Source: Mobula hypostoma (taxonomy: Eukaryota). Taken from it: a stretch of 64,000 nt of DNA. Location: the NCBI RefSeq assembly GCF_963921235.1, contig NC_086108.1, positions 68,760,001 through 68,824,000 of the forward strand, written 5' to 3'. The translations under genes and the position numbers were made by a program. Shown here in pieces: positions 25,197 to 38,504 of the stretch. Position 1 is the stretch's first letter, and every line of letters begins with the position of its first letter. The notes under the pieces are model-generated. The model searched no databases. It was not told where the DNA came from and was given only the letters and a program-made list of their open reading frames with translations.

Positions 25197-28100
25197 CAGA
25201 GACACAGAAAAACTACAGCACCGTACAGGTCCTTCGGCCCACAATGCAGTACCGAACATGTCCTCACTTAGGAATTACTTAAGGTTACCCATAGCCCTCC
25301 ATTTTTCTAAGCTCCATGTACCTATCCAGGAGTCTCTTGAAAGACCCTATCGTATCCACCTCCACCACCGTAGCCAGCAGCCCATTCCATGCACTCACCA
25401 CTCTCTGCGTAAAAAACTTACCCATGACATCTCCTCTTTACCTACTTCCAAGCACTTTAAAATTGTGCCCTGTCATGTTAGCCATTTCAGCCCTGGGAAA
25501 AAGTCTCTGACTATCCACACGATCAATGCCTCTCATCATTTTATACACCTCTATCAGGACACCTCTCATCCTTCGTAGCTCCAAGGAGAAAAAGCCAAGT
25601 TCACTCAACCTTTTCTCATAAGGCACGCTCCCCAATCCAGGTAACATCTTTGTAAATCTCCTCTGCACCCTTTCTATGGCTTCCACATCCTTCCTGTAGT
25701 AAGGTGACCAGAACTGAGCACAATACTCCAAGTGGGGTCTGACCAAGGTCCTATATAGCTGTGACATTACCTCTTGGCTCTTAAGCTAAATCCTACGATC
25801 GATAAAGGCCAATGCACCATATGCTTTCTTAACCACAGAGTCAACCTGCACAGCAGCTTTGAGTGTCCTATGGACCCGGACCCCTAGATCCCTCTGATCC
25901 TCCACACTGCCAAGAATCTTAACATTAATACTATATTCTGCCATCATATTTGCCCTACCAAAATGAACCACCTCACACTTATCTGGGTTGAACCCCATCT
26001 GCCACTTCTCAGCCCAGTTTTGCATCCTATCGATGTCCCACTGTAACCTCTGACAGCCCTCCACACTATCCACAACATCCCCAACCTTTGTGTCATCAGC
26101 AAATTTACTAACCCATCCCTCCACTTTCTCATCCAGGTCATTTATAAATATCATGAAGAGAAGGGGTCCCAGAACAGATCCCTGAGGCACACCAGTGGTC
26201 ACCGACTTCCCTGCAGAATATGACCTGTTTACAATCACACTTTGCCTTCTGTGGGCAAGCCAGTTCTGGATCCACAAAGCAATATCCCCTTGGATCCCAT
26301 GCCTCCTTACTTTCTCAATAAGCCGTGCAGGGGTACCTTGTCAAATGCCTTGCTGAAATCCATATACACTACATCTACTGCTCTACCTTCATCAATGTGT
26401 TTAGTCACATCCTCAAAAAATTCAATCAGGCTCGTAAGGCACGACCTGCCTTTGACAAAGCCATGCTGACTATTCCTAATCATATTATGCCTCTCCAAAT
26501 GTTCATAAATCCTGCCTCTCAGGATCTTCTCCATCAACTTACCAACGACTGAAGTAAGACTCACTGGTCTATAATTTCCTGGGTTATCTCTAATGCTTTT
26601 CTTGAATAAGAGAACAACATCTGCAACCCTCCAATCCCCCGGAACCTCTCCCATCCCCACTGATGATGCAAAGACCATTGCCAGAGGCTCAGCATTCTCC
26701 TCCCTCGCCTCCCACAGTAGCTTGGGGTACATCTCATCCAGTCCTGGAAACATAACCAACTGGATGTTTTCCAAAAGCTCCAGCACATCCTCTTTCTTAA
26801 TGTCTATATGCTCAAGTTTTTCAATCCGCTGTAAGTCATCCCTACAATGACCAAGATCCTTTTCCGTAGTGAATACTGAAGCAAAGTATTCACTATGTAT
26901 CTCTGCTATCTCCTCTGGTTCCATACACACTTCTCTATTGTCACACTCATTTGGTCCTATTCTTTCACATCTTATCCTCTTGCTCTTCATATACTTTTGG
27001 GGTGTTCCTTAATCCTGCTCACCAAGGCCTTCTCATGCCCCTTCTGGCTCTCCTTAAGCTCCTTCCTGCTAGCCTTACAATCTTCTAAATCTCTATCGTT
27101 ACCCAGTTTTTTGAACCTTTTGTAAGCTTTTCTTTTCTTCTTGACTAAATTTTCAACAGCCTTTGTACACCACAGTTCCTGTACCCTACCATCCTTTTCC
27201 TGTCTCATTGTAATGTACCTATGCAGAACGCCACACAAATATCCCCTGAACATTTGCCATATTTCTGCCGTACATTTCCCTGAGAATACTTGTTCTCAAT
27301 TTATGCTTCCAAGTTCCTGTCTGATAGCTTCATATTTGCCCTTACTCCAATTAAATGCTTTCCTAACTAGTCTGTTCCTATCCCTCTCCAATGCTATGGT
27401 AAAGTAGATAGAATTGTGATCATTATCTCCAAAATGCTCTCCCATTGAGAGACCTGACACCTGACCAGGTTCATTTCCCAATACCAGATCAAGTACAGCC
27501 TCTCCTCTTGTAGGCTTATCTACATATTGTGTCAGGAAACCTTCCTGAACACACCTAACAAACTCCACCCCATCTCAACCCCTTGCTCTAGGGGGATGCC
27601 AATCAATATTTGGGAAATTAAAATCTCCCATCACGACAACTCTGTTATTATTACACCTTTCCAAAATCTGTCTCCCTATCTGCTCCTCGATGTCCCTGTT
27701 ACTATTGGGTGGTATATAAAAAACACACAATAGAGTTATTGACTCCTTCTTATTTCTAACTTCCACCCACAGAGACTCAGTAGACAATCCGTCCATGACT
27801 TCCTCCTTTTCTGCAGCCGTGACACTATCTCTGATCAGCAGTGCCATGTCCCACCTCTTTTGCCTCCCTCCCTGTACTTTCTGAAACATCTAAAGCCTGG
27901 CACTCGAAGTAACCATTCCTGCCCCTGAGCCATTCAAGTGTCTGTAATGGCCTCAACATCATAGCTCCAAGTACTGATCCACGGCCTAAGCTCATCTGCT
28001 TTGTTCATGATGCATCTTGCATTAAAAATGGACACATCTCAAACCATCGGTCTGAGTGCATCCCTTCTCTATCACCTGCCAGTCCTCCCTCTCGCATTGT

Positions 28101-28885
28101 CTCCAAGCTTTCTCTATTTGTGAGCCTACAGCCCTTCCTCCGTGTCTTCAGTTTGGTTCCCCCCTCCCAGCAATTCTAATTTAAACTCTCCCCAATAGCC
28201 TTAGCAAACCTCCCTGCCAGGATATTGGTCTCCCTCGGATTCAAGTGCAACTCTTCCTTTTTGTACAGGTTACGCCTGCCCCAAAAGAGGTCCAATGATC
28301 CAGAAATCTGAATCCCTGCCCCCTGCTCCAATACCTCAGCCACACATTTATCCTCCACTTCACTTTATTCCTATACTCACTGTCACATGGCACAGGTAGT
28401 CACCCCGAGATTACTACCTTTGAGGTCCTGCTTGTCAACTTCCTTCCCAACTCCCTGTAGTCTGTTTTCAGGACCTCCTCCCTTTTCCTACCTATGTCGT
28501 TGGGACCAGTATGCATCACGACCTCTGGCTGTTCACCTTCCCACTTCAGGATATCGTGGACACGATCAGAAACATCCCAGACCCTGGCACCTGGGAGGCA
28601 AACTACCATCGCGTTTCTTTCCTGTGTCCACAGAATCACCTGTCTGACCCCCTAACTATAGATTCCCCTATTATTGCTACCTTCTTCCTTTCCCTACCCT
28701 TCTCAGCCACAGGGCCAGACTCTGTGCCAGAGGTGCAGCCATTGTTGCTTCCCCCAGGTAGGCCATCTCCCCCCCCCCCAGCAGTACTCAAACAGGAGTA
28801 CTTATTATTAAGGGGGGGCAGCCACAGGGGTACTCTCTAGTATCTGCCTTTTGCCCTTCCCTCTCCTGACTGTTATCCATTTATC
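25197..28885 (-). mobile_element. Near full-length CR1 LINE (part of ORF1 plus ORF2), frameshifted
   Basis: ORF1 SGNH-esterase-like VCLPGARV.DV...VVMHTGPNDIG...VVISG (28400..28639); endonuclease VVVMGDFNFPNIDW and [17 protein letters not shown] and KFADDTK; 3' tail at about 25197. Confidence 0.96.
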
Positions 28886-31577
28886 ATTCTCCCAAGGCCA
28901 AAAGAATCCTCCCCCCCATCACTATAACAATACAATAGTACTCTAATGCAGTACAAGACAGGTGCTCAACTTTTAAAGCAAGGCTTGAAACCACAACCTT
29001 TTGACCCAGAGCAGGGAGTTCAACCAGACAGCCAAGACTAGTATCCATTAACCATTTACCACAGAGTAATATTTTATACAAAAATGGGACATAAAATGAA
29101 TATGCTAAATTTTTATTAGATGTTTATAAAACCAGTCTGCAAAACAGACTTTTTTGTTGGCAATAATGCAAATATCCACATGAAAATGACTACATAAGTA
29201 TGAAGAAAGGCACTCAAAAGTAACATTTGGTTCGTTACCTATTAGTAGTTTTCAGTGTAAATGCAACAAACCCTTCTACCCAAATAAAAACATGAAGTCT
29301 TTTTCCCTGCTGAAACAATATCTAATTAGGATACAAAAACAACATATTGATAGCTCTGTGGCGTTTTAATTAAAAAGAGAGAGAAGACAGCCCCAGCCTG
29401 TCCTGTTGCTCATCCATTCTACATTTCAAAGCCCAGTGTGCAATATCCAGGTTACTCCACTAGAATCCCTGCTATTGTATAAAGGTTGTTAGAGAAGGAG
29501 GGCAAGGCTATGTTTACTCAATGATTAGGCTTCAGAATAAGCTTCTAGCTCCTAGAGAGACAGCTACCCACTCATTCATTGGGCCAATTCAAAAGCCTTG
29601 AGAGATTAAACAGCCATGCTGAGCAGGCAACCAAATACAGGCACAGAAAAAGAAATAAAATTCTTTAAAAACTCTTAGATGACTTCATTATTTTCTGCAT
29701 ACGAAACTTTAAGACAGTGTTTAGTTAGTGAAAAACCCACATTGACCTCTTCTAAACCTTTAATCTGTTCTTTGTAGCACTGTTGCTTTGTGGCAAGCGG
29801 ATGGTTTTCTTTCTCTCCTTTCTCTAGAAGCTATTAGAAAAGGTCTTGTGAAACTGTCACATAACTTAGATATATTCTCATTTCAGCTTCTCACCCATCA
29901 AATACTTTAGAAGAAAAAGAAACAGTGCTTACTTACGCTGCATTTAGGATGATCCCAATGCATTTTTACTGCTAGTAGTGAAAAAAATGATCTGGTACAA
30001 GAACTTTTTTCATTTGAATGGAGAAGTCTGGTTTAATGCTGAATGTCAGGTCATCATTTTAATTTATTGTCACCAGAAGATATAGTGATTTGGAAAAAAA
30101 ATTGGATACCATCACATTGTAAGCTTTTCTACTCCAAAGAAATCCTACAGTTAAAAAGCAGTTTCCATGTAGAGTGCATGCACTACAAAACTACTGATGC
30201 AGCCAAGTTCAAAATGTGGCAAATACAGCTTCATTTATTAAGTTAAAACAGGGAGGTTTACAAACAGCAAGCACATTCATTTTGCACAATCATTTACAGT
30301 ATTTCAACAAAATTGGAATTTGGTTTTCTAAACACACAATATTCTAGATTATTTGCAAAGAACAAGTTTTTATTTTCCATTAATTCCAATTATTGTCAGG
30401 AGCCTCAGGTTTTATTCTTTAAGAGAATATTATCTTGAGTTTCTAAACATTTGGGGGATATGGTGGTTAGATTGTATATACTATAGTTTCATTTATTGCT
30501 ACAACAAATTCTGGTCTCACGTTGGAATGTCAAGAAGCTGGAATACAAGGGAGAAGACTTTATTTCTATGTTTCAGAGAAACTAAATCCAGTAGTCAACT
30601 TTCTTCTTTAAAAATACATCAGAGGATTCAAAAAGCAACTCTCAACCAAGAAACCACTTTGCAGCTGATAGTGGCAGCCAGTTTGTATGGGTTTTCCGAT
30701 GTCATATCAAAGAGGTAAGGTGGCCACCTCTATACCAAAACTCCAACATATAAGAGAGCTTCCACTTACTCTTACTCATAAAATGGCAATGGTAAAGGCT
30801 TCAGAGAGCACACAGCAAAGTGCCAGCATAAAAGCAGCAGGGACTTAATGGACTGAAAGCTCCTCTTTGTGCTGTAATGATTGTGAGAGAAACTATGTAA
30901 ATAACAGGGTTTTAAAATTCTCTGTATTTTAAGGTTAAATGAGCACAGATACTTTTCTGGGGCCAGGGTGAAAATAATCATCGCAATGAAGTAACGGGAT
31001 ACATATCAAGAGAAATGGTGCAGGGGAATATATAATGATGATGAAACACACACTTGCAGATCTGTTGATGTATTGAGTAAAGATGATATTTAGTTGAAAG
31101 AACTATCAATAGGAGATTGTAATTTTTTGCGGCTGACAGTATTGGTTTAACATCGATCTCTTCATCACCTTTATTTTATTCTGCTCTTTCCTCCTCCATT
31201 CAATTTTTATTGCTTACCAAAGTTCAACACCATTTAGCACATTGGGTACAGTATAACTTGGGAGACTAGTCATTCCTAATTGTGTGATACCTTGGTATGC
31301 CCAAGAAACTGAATGACATCAATAATAATTTAAAACAGAGTGAGATTTTCCAAAGGGACTTGGATGTCTTTTTACATAAATTGCTAAAAGAAAATATGCA
31401 TTACAGTTAGGAAGGCAAACGTAATATCGTCTTTTAATGCAAGCAGTTTTGAATACTGATATAGGGATGCTTTACTGTAACCAGATCCTCTTCCCAGACC
31501 CTCACTCAGGATTGAGGACTTCTTCCTTATATTCCAGTTTTGTCAGAATCAGAATCAGGCTTAATATCACCGGTATA

Positions 31578-31775
31578 TAAGACCATAAGACAAAGGAGCA
31601 GAAGTCGGCCATTCGACCCATCGAGTCTGCTCCGCCATTTTATCATGAGCTGATCCATTCTCCCATTTAGTCCCACTCCCCCGCCTTCTCACTATAACCT
31701 TTGATGCCCTGGCTACTCAGATACCTATCAATCTCTGCCTAAAATACACCCAATGACTTGATCTCCACTGCTGCC
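31578..31775 (-). mobile_element. CR1 3' end fragment, directly following a short Rex-type (AGAATC)n tail at about 31544-31577
   Basis: ataagaccataagacaaaggagcagaagtcggccattcg is the reverse of a CR1 3' UTR. Confidence 0.8.
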
Positions 31776-31794
31776 TTCACTACATTTCAATGTT

Positions 31795-32140
31795 TGTTCG
31801 TTATGTGCTGTGTTGTAAGAGGTAGGCAATCATGGTCTATGATCATGATTGTTCTTGGCAAATGTTTTGACCTTCTGGGCAGTGTCTTTACAAGGCGGTC
31901 GACCCCAGCCATTATCAAAACTCTTCAGAGATTACCTGGTGTCAGTGGTCACATAACCAGGTCTTGGGATATGTACCAGTTGCTTATAAGACCATCCACC
32001 ACCTGCTCCCATGGCTTCACGTGACCCTGATTGGGGTGCTAAGCAGATGTGATACCTTGCCCGAGGGCGACCTGCAGGCTAGTGAAGGGAAGGAGCACCT
32101 TTCACCTCCTTTGGTAGAGATGTATCTCCATCCCGTCACT
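31795..32140 (-). mobile_element. SINE-like element with RTE-type tail, same family as 51810-52190
   Basis: Colinear similarity to 51820-52190 (gtaggcaatcatggtctatga.catga.tgttcttggcaaat ... tttggtagagatg.atctcca). Confidence 0.75.
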
Positions 32141-32477
32141 CTATGTTTTAATGTACATGTGATAAATAAATCTGAATAGTCCAACATTTCCCTTGGGGAA
32201 AAAAAAATCATAATCCTCTCAGAAATATTATCCCACTGATTCTGCAAAGCTCTACAATCTGCAGTTATCCAAGAAGCATTCACACACCAAACAAGAGATA
32301 TTAACCTTTGCGTTCTGCACTAAATAAAAATCAAATTACTGACACAAATTAAACTTGTCCATAGAACATTTTGTTCACATCCAATTAATGAAAGCAGCAT
32401 AAATTTGGGGAAATCTGTATCCCTTGCCACAAAAGGTATTTGTTAAATTGTGTAACTTGCATTTTAAAATAATAAAT

Positions 32478-32735
32478 ACAAGACATTCTGCAAATGCTGG
32501 AAATCCAGAGCAACACACACAAAATGCTGGAGGAACCCAGCAGGTTAGGCAGCTACTATGGACAGGAACAAACAGCCGATGCTTCAGGCCGAGACCCTTC
32601 ATCAGTACTGGAAAGAGGGAAGAACCCATAAGTATAGTGGGGGAAAGAGGGGAAGGAAGACAAGCTGGCAGGTGATAAGTGAGACCAGATGAGGGGGAAG
32701 GCAGGTGTGTGCGGGAGGGGAGATGAAATGAGGAG
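32478..32735 (-). mobile_element. Penelope-like terminal repeat fragment
   Basis: gcaacacacacaaaatgctggaggaac.cagcagg...gagacccttcatcag, which recurs at about 47740, 49170 (opposite strand), 55730 and 57560. Confidence 0.65.
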
Positions 32736-32739
32736 CTAT

Positions 32740-34235
32740 TGATTTGCAGCAAAAGTACATTGCAATACATAGTCATAACTATGTATTGTTAAGCATCTAT
32801 GAAAAAATAACTAGTGCAAAAGGAGAGGAAAAAATAGTGATAAAGTGTTCATGAGTTCATTGTCCATTCAGAAATCAGATGGCATAGAAACATGAAATAT
32901 TGAATGTGTGTTTCCAGGATCCTGTACTTCCTTCTTAATGGTAGCGATGAGAACAGGGCATGTCCTGAGTGCTGGGGGTCCTTAATGATGAATGCTGCCT
33001 TTTGGAGGCATCGCCCTTTGAAGGTTTCCTGGATGCTGGAATGCTAGTGTCCATGATGAAGCTGACTGAGATTACAAGTTTCTGCACCTTTTTTTTGGTC
33101 CTACGCAGTGGCCTATCCACACAAGATGGTGATGCAATCAATTAGAATGTGCTCTCCACGGTACACCTAGAAACTTGAGAGCATCTTTGCTGACATACCA
33201 ATTCTCCTCAAACTCTAAATGAAATAATGCGCTGTCAATATATTGGGCCAGGGTTTGGAGCTTTTTGATTAAAAGTGAGGGTATGATTGTGTTGAACAAA
33301 GAGTTGTCGTCAATAATTTGCAGCCTGATGTAAGTACTACTGTTGTCCAGGTTATCCAAGGCTGAGTGGAGAGCCAGTGAGATTGCATTCATTGTAGATC
33401 TATTGTGGTGTTAGGGGAATTGCAGTGGTCCAGGTCCTTCCTTAGGCAGGAGTTTATTCTAGTCACGACCAACCTCTCAAAGCACTTCAACACAGTAGAT
33501 GTGAGTGCCACTGGGCAATAGCCATTGAAGCAGCTCCCCTGTTCTTCTTTAGCACTGGTATGACTGTCGCCCTTTTGAATCAGGTGGAAATCTCCGACTG
33601 TAGCAGTGAGAGATTGAGGGTGTCCTTGAACACTTCTGCCATTTGGATGCACAGGCTTTCAGAGCTCTACCAGGTACAACATCAGGACCTGACAGCTTGT
33701 GAGGATTCACCCTCGTAAAAGATGTTCTGACATTGGCATCCAATCTTATGTAGTTCTGGCTCACCAGTCTTGAATGCCACAAACCTAGCCCTCAGCAAGC
33801 TACAAATCTCCTGGTCATCCATGGCTTTTGATTTGGATACGTCTGGTATGTTGTTGAAGGCACACACTCATCCACACAGGTTTTAATGAAGTTGGTGACA
33901 ACTGTGGCATTTTCATTCAGACTCAAAGATGAGTCCTAGAATATTGTGCATTCAACCAACTCAAAGCAGTCCTGTAAGCGCTTCTCCACCTTCCTTGACC
34001 ATAACTTCTTGGTCCTCACCAATGGTCTTTAGTCTCTGCCTAGGAGCTGCGATAGAAGTAGGGCCAAGTGATCAGACTTTCCAAAGTGCAGGTGTGGGAT
34101 GGCACGGTAAGTGTTCTTGATGGTGGGATAACTGTGGTCAAGTGTGTTGTTTCCCCTGGTTCCCCAGGTGATATGTTGGTGGTAGTTGTTCAGAGACATC
34201 TTCCAGCTGGCCTGGTTGAAAACCAGGTTTTGTGT
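32740..34235 (-). mobile_element. Degraded Rex1/Babar-like element
   Basis: TRGNNTLDHSY..IKNTYRAIP..HFGKSDH, VNPHKLSGPD, PVALTSTVLKCFERLV, NAISLALHSALDNLD. Confidence 0.88.
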
Positions 34236-34689
34236 CTTCAGAGGGAGCTGATGAGGCACTGGGAACTGCAGTTTGCAACTAACAAGGTTGGCAAATGGGA
34301 AATCCGTAAAATGGTGCATATTTGGACTTCTGTATGCCCTGATGCATGGCTGAACACTTACTTCGCTGTGAGTCTAGTGTTATCCACATGAAATTCAACA
34401 TAGTCAACAGACAGCAACTTTTCATTAATCGGCCAAAGGCTGTAATGGTGCATTGGGGCCAGTGCTGAATTTCATCATTGATTGCTATCTTTACTGAGAA
34501 GTGCTCCCAACCAATAGAAAGGCTGCATCATTTCCACAAACCTTCTCTGGCCACAATGTTTCAACTTGCCTCCAACAACTTTCTATGGAAGAGCAGCTGA
34601 TCTTCATAGCTACTAATATCGTGCTGGTGACCAACAGTGACATTTTGCCAACAGCTCACAAAGCTACTAGATACTCTCCTAGATACAGT

Positions 34690-35345
34690 ATATTTCTTCT
34701 CCTGGTTCAAGAGCCTGATGGTTTAAGTGGTAGTAAGTGTTCCTGAACCTGGGGATGTGAGTCCTGACGTTCCTGTACCTCCTTCCTGATGGCAGCAGCA
34801 AGAAAAAAGTGTGATCTGGGTGTTGGGGGTCTCCGATGATGGATGCTGCTTTCCTGCAACAACTCTCCATATTGATGTTCTCAATGATGGGGAGGGCTTT
34901 ACCCATGATGGACTGGGCCACGTCCACTACCTTTTGTCGATTTTTCCATTCAAAAGCATTGGTATTTCCACACTAAGTTGTGATGCAGCCAATCAATATA
35001 CTTTACAGTATACATCGATAGAAGTTTGTCAAACTTTTAGATGTCATGCCAATTTTACGCAAACTTCTCAGAAGTAGAGGTGCTGCCGTGCATTCTTCAT
35101 AATTGCATTCACATGCTGGGCCAAGGACAGGTCTCCTAAAATGATGATACCAACAAATTTAAAGTTGCTGATCCTCTCCACCTCTGATCCTCCGATGAAG
35201 ACTGGCTTATAGACCTCCGGTTTCCCCCTCCTGAGGTCAACAATCAGCTTCTTGGCCTTGCTGACATTCAGTGAGAGCTTATTCCATGCAGCCAGATTTT
35301 CAATCCCCCTCCTATATGCTAATTCGTCACAACCTTTCATTCGGC
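34690..35345 (-). mobile_element. Rex1/Babar-like 3' fragment
   Basis: LSLNVSKAKKLIVDLRR and KAASIIGDPQHPDHTFFLLLPSGRRYRN. Confidence 0.88.
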
Positions 35346-35534
35346 AGAGAAGATATTGTTGCAACAAATATGGGAGAAATATATATCCATACCTTTATAT
35401 ATTTATTCATACCATATAATCATGAAATACACTCTCAATCATGTAGTGCAGTCTCTGGATGTGGGCATAAATGTACAAAACTCTTAACTGAAGAGCTAAT
35501 ATTGTTGCCAACTGAGATGCAGCTACCACAAGGC

Positions 35535-36732
35535 TAGAAAAAACAGAAAACATAGAAAACCTATAGCACAATACAGGCCCTTCGACCCACAAAGCTGTGC
35601 CGAACATGTCCTTACCTTAAAAATTACCTAGGGTTACACATAACCCTCAATATTTCTGAGCTCCATGTACCTGTCCAGGAGGCTCTTAAAAGACCCTATC
35701 ATATCTGCGTCCACCACCATCGCAGGCCGCCCATTCCATGCACTCACCACTCTCTGCGTAAAAAAAACTTACCCCTGACATCTCCTCTGTACCTACTTCC
35801 AAGCACCTTAAAACTGTGCCCTCTCGTGCCAGCCATTTCAGCCCTGGGAAAAAGCCTCTGACTATCCACACAATCAAAAACTCTCATCATCTTATACACC
35901 TCTATCAGGTTACCTCTCATTCTTGGTTGCTCCAAGGAAAAAAGGCCAAGTTCACACAACCTATTCTCATAAGACATGCTCCTCAATCCAAGCAACATCC
36001 TTGGAAATCTCCTCTGCACCCTTTCTATGGTTTCCACATCCTTCCTACAGTGAGGCGACCAGAACTGAGCACAGTACTCCAAGTGGGGTCTGATCAGTGC
36101 CCTATATAGCTGCAACATTACTTCTCGGCTCCTACACTCAATCCCAAGATTAATGAAGGCCAATGCACCGTATGCTTTCTTAACTGCAGAGTCAACCTGC
36201 GCAGCAGCTTTGAGTGTCCTCTGGACTCGAACCCCAAGATCCCTCTGATCCTCCACACTGCCAAGAGTCTTACCATTAATACTATATTCTGTCATCATAT
36301 TTGACCTACCAAAATGAACCACCTCACACTTATCTGGGTTGAACTCCATCTGCCACTTCTCGGCCCATTTTTTGCATCCTATCAATGTCCCGCTGTAACT
36401 TCTGACAGCCCTCCAACACTATCCACAACACCTCCAACTTTTGTTTCATCAGCAAATTTACTAACCCATCCCTCCACTTCCTCATCCAGGTCATTTATAA
36501 AAATCACAAAGAAAAGGGGTCCCAGAACAGATCCTTGAGGCACACCACTGGTCACCGACCTCCATGCAGAATATGACATGTCTAAAACCACTCTTTGCCT
36601 TTTGTGGGCAAGCCAGTTCTGGATCCACAAAGCAATGTCCCCTTGGATCCCATGCCTCCTTACTTTCTCAAAATGCCTTGCTGAAATCCATATACACTAC
36701 ATCTACTGATCTACCTTCATCAATGTGTTTAG
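35535..36732 (-). mobile_element. 5'-truncated CR1, same family as 25197-28885
   Basis: ORFs 35744..36385 and 36382..36630 closely parallel ORFs 25438..26277, and the 3' tail is shared. Confidence 0.95.
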
Positions 36733-37059
36733 AATGAATTATTTCACACCTACGTTCATTATTAAAGTATCAAGCAGATTTATTAAACACAGAAAATGTA
36801 AAGAACACAATAACTAAACTTCACTTTAAAAATTATCTATTGCTAAACTATTCTTTTACAGTTTTATAAAAATTCTTTAATCTTAACTGTGATTTTGTCA
36901 CATTTTATGGGGAAATTTATAACTTTGATCCTACTATGATGAGAAAATTTTGTGAAGGGGAAGAAGAACCAAATAAGTGAGGATAGTGATGGGCAGCCAG
37001 CAAATGTCAACTTCTCATACAATGACAACATAATATGCTCATAACACACTAATTCTAAC

Positions 37060-37223
37060 CATAGATCTTTGGAATGAGGGAGGAAATTGGAGTTCCCGGA
37101 GGAAACTCACGTGGCCATGAGAAGAATGTACAAACTTCATACAGACAGCAGCAGGAATTGAACCATGATCTTACAGCTGATGCTGCAATAGCATTGTGCC
37201 AACCATCATGCTGTCATGCTGCC
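37060..37223 (-). mobile_element. V-SINE/HE1-like SINE 5' part
   Basis: Minus strand has GGCAGCATG..., B-box GGTTCAATTCC and the V-domain TTTGTACATTCTTCTCATGGCCACGTGAGTTTCCTCCGGG. Confidence 0.75.
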
Positions 37224-38504
37224 CAAAGATAACTATCAGCCTTGAGCTCATCTTCAAAGAAAGTTCCTTCTCTCAATTGATGCATGGGATCTAGCTTTTC
37301 ACAACATACCTCTTCAGGTCCCTCAAAATTTCCATAATGGTTATGTAACTACTACCAATGTACTGAGAGCTTTTTATTGATATATTGGTTAAGGAATCAG
37401 AGTTCTACAATTAACTCATCCAATTCCTCTTCCTCCCAAAATTCTGTTATCTATAAATATCCTACAAAAAAAGGAAGAGTAATCATTTGTTAACTTTATT
37501 GTACTGCTGCCATTAAGTTAACAAATTTGATGACATATGCCGCTAATATTAAACCTGATCCTGGTCATTTCCCATGAAAAGGAGGATCTACAAACCCTAA
37601 CAGATTGACGGGACAACGCATTAACTGGTGTAACATTCCCAAGGGATGCCCCTGAATCATCTGTTATGCCACTCAGAAATCAGACGAAATGTCAAGCTTC
37701 CTGATGTTGAACATATCAATTGAGTTCAGTCAAAAAGGCAAATGATGGAAAAATAAGCTCCTAGCACAGAAGGCCTGGCAGTGTTCATGACATGTCCTAC
37801 ATTTTCCACCATCCACATCTCTATGATTGGGTGTTGCTCAAACCAGGAAATAAACTTAAGTCATGACAAAGATTTGAATCAAGTTCTTGCCCCATTTTGT
37901 ACTCACTCACATTCTATCTCAATCATTTTCTTATATTTACCTCTTACCCAGACAACTGCAAACTCCAGCACTTCCCTATGCAAAATAAAATTGGTAATAT
38001 TATTTGCTCATCTACAGTAACATACTAGCTATGACACTAAACACTCTGAAAGCAAGCTTAATTACAAGGAATAGATATCAGTTGATTATCTGGTTATATA
38101 AGGTTGCCTAGGTAATAGCTGTAGCACCCAGGAGTTTCACCTTTCATAACCAAAATGAAATTCTCTCATGGCAAACCCAAAACAGGCAAACATTCTCAGA
38201 AGAACAGGATCTCAAATCTATCAGTTCATCATACATATCTACTACCAAACCTACAAATCACTGTAAACTATCAAATATTGCGAATTATTTGCAGTATCCT
38301 TCAAAGAAATTTATAAATTCACCCCATTTCCCAGATCATTGACAATGAAATAAGTCAATACAAATAGATTAATTATTTTCCATTCCCCAAATACACTGGC
38401 AATTGTTTTTGTTATCTATGTGCTTAATAACAAATAAAAATGAATAAAAAAGATGTTCAATCTACAATGAATAATATTTTTACTTTCTTATACTGCTATC
38501 TGCG

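Noticed and set aside
29925..29945. Strong minus-strand donor-like GC|gtaagt
   Set aside because: No matching acceptor or FAF1-like peptide, and the flanking FAF1 exons already join without missing residues.
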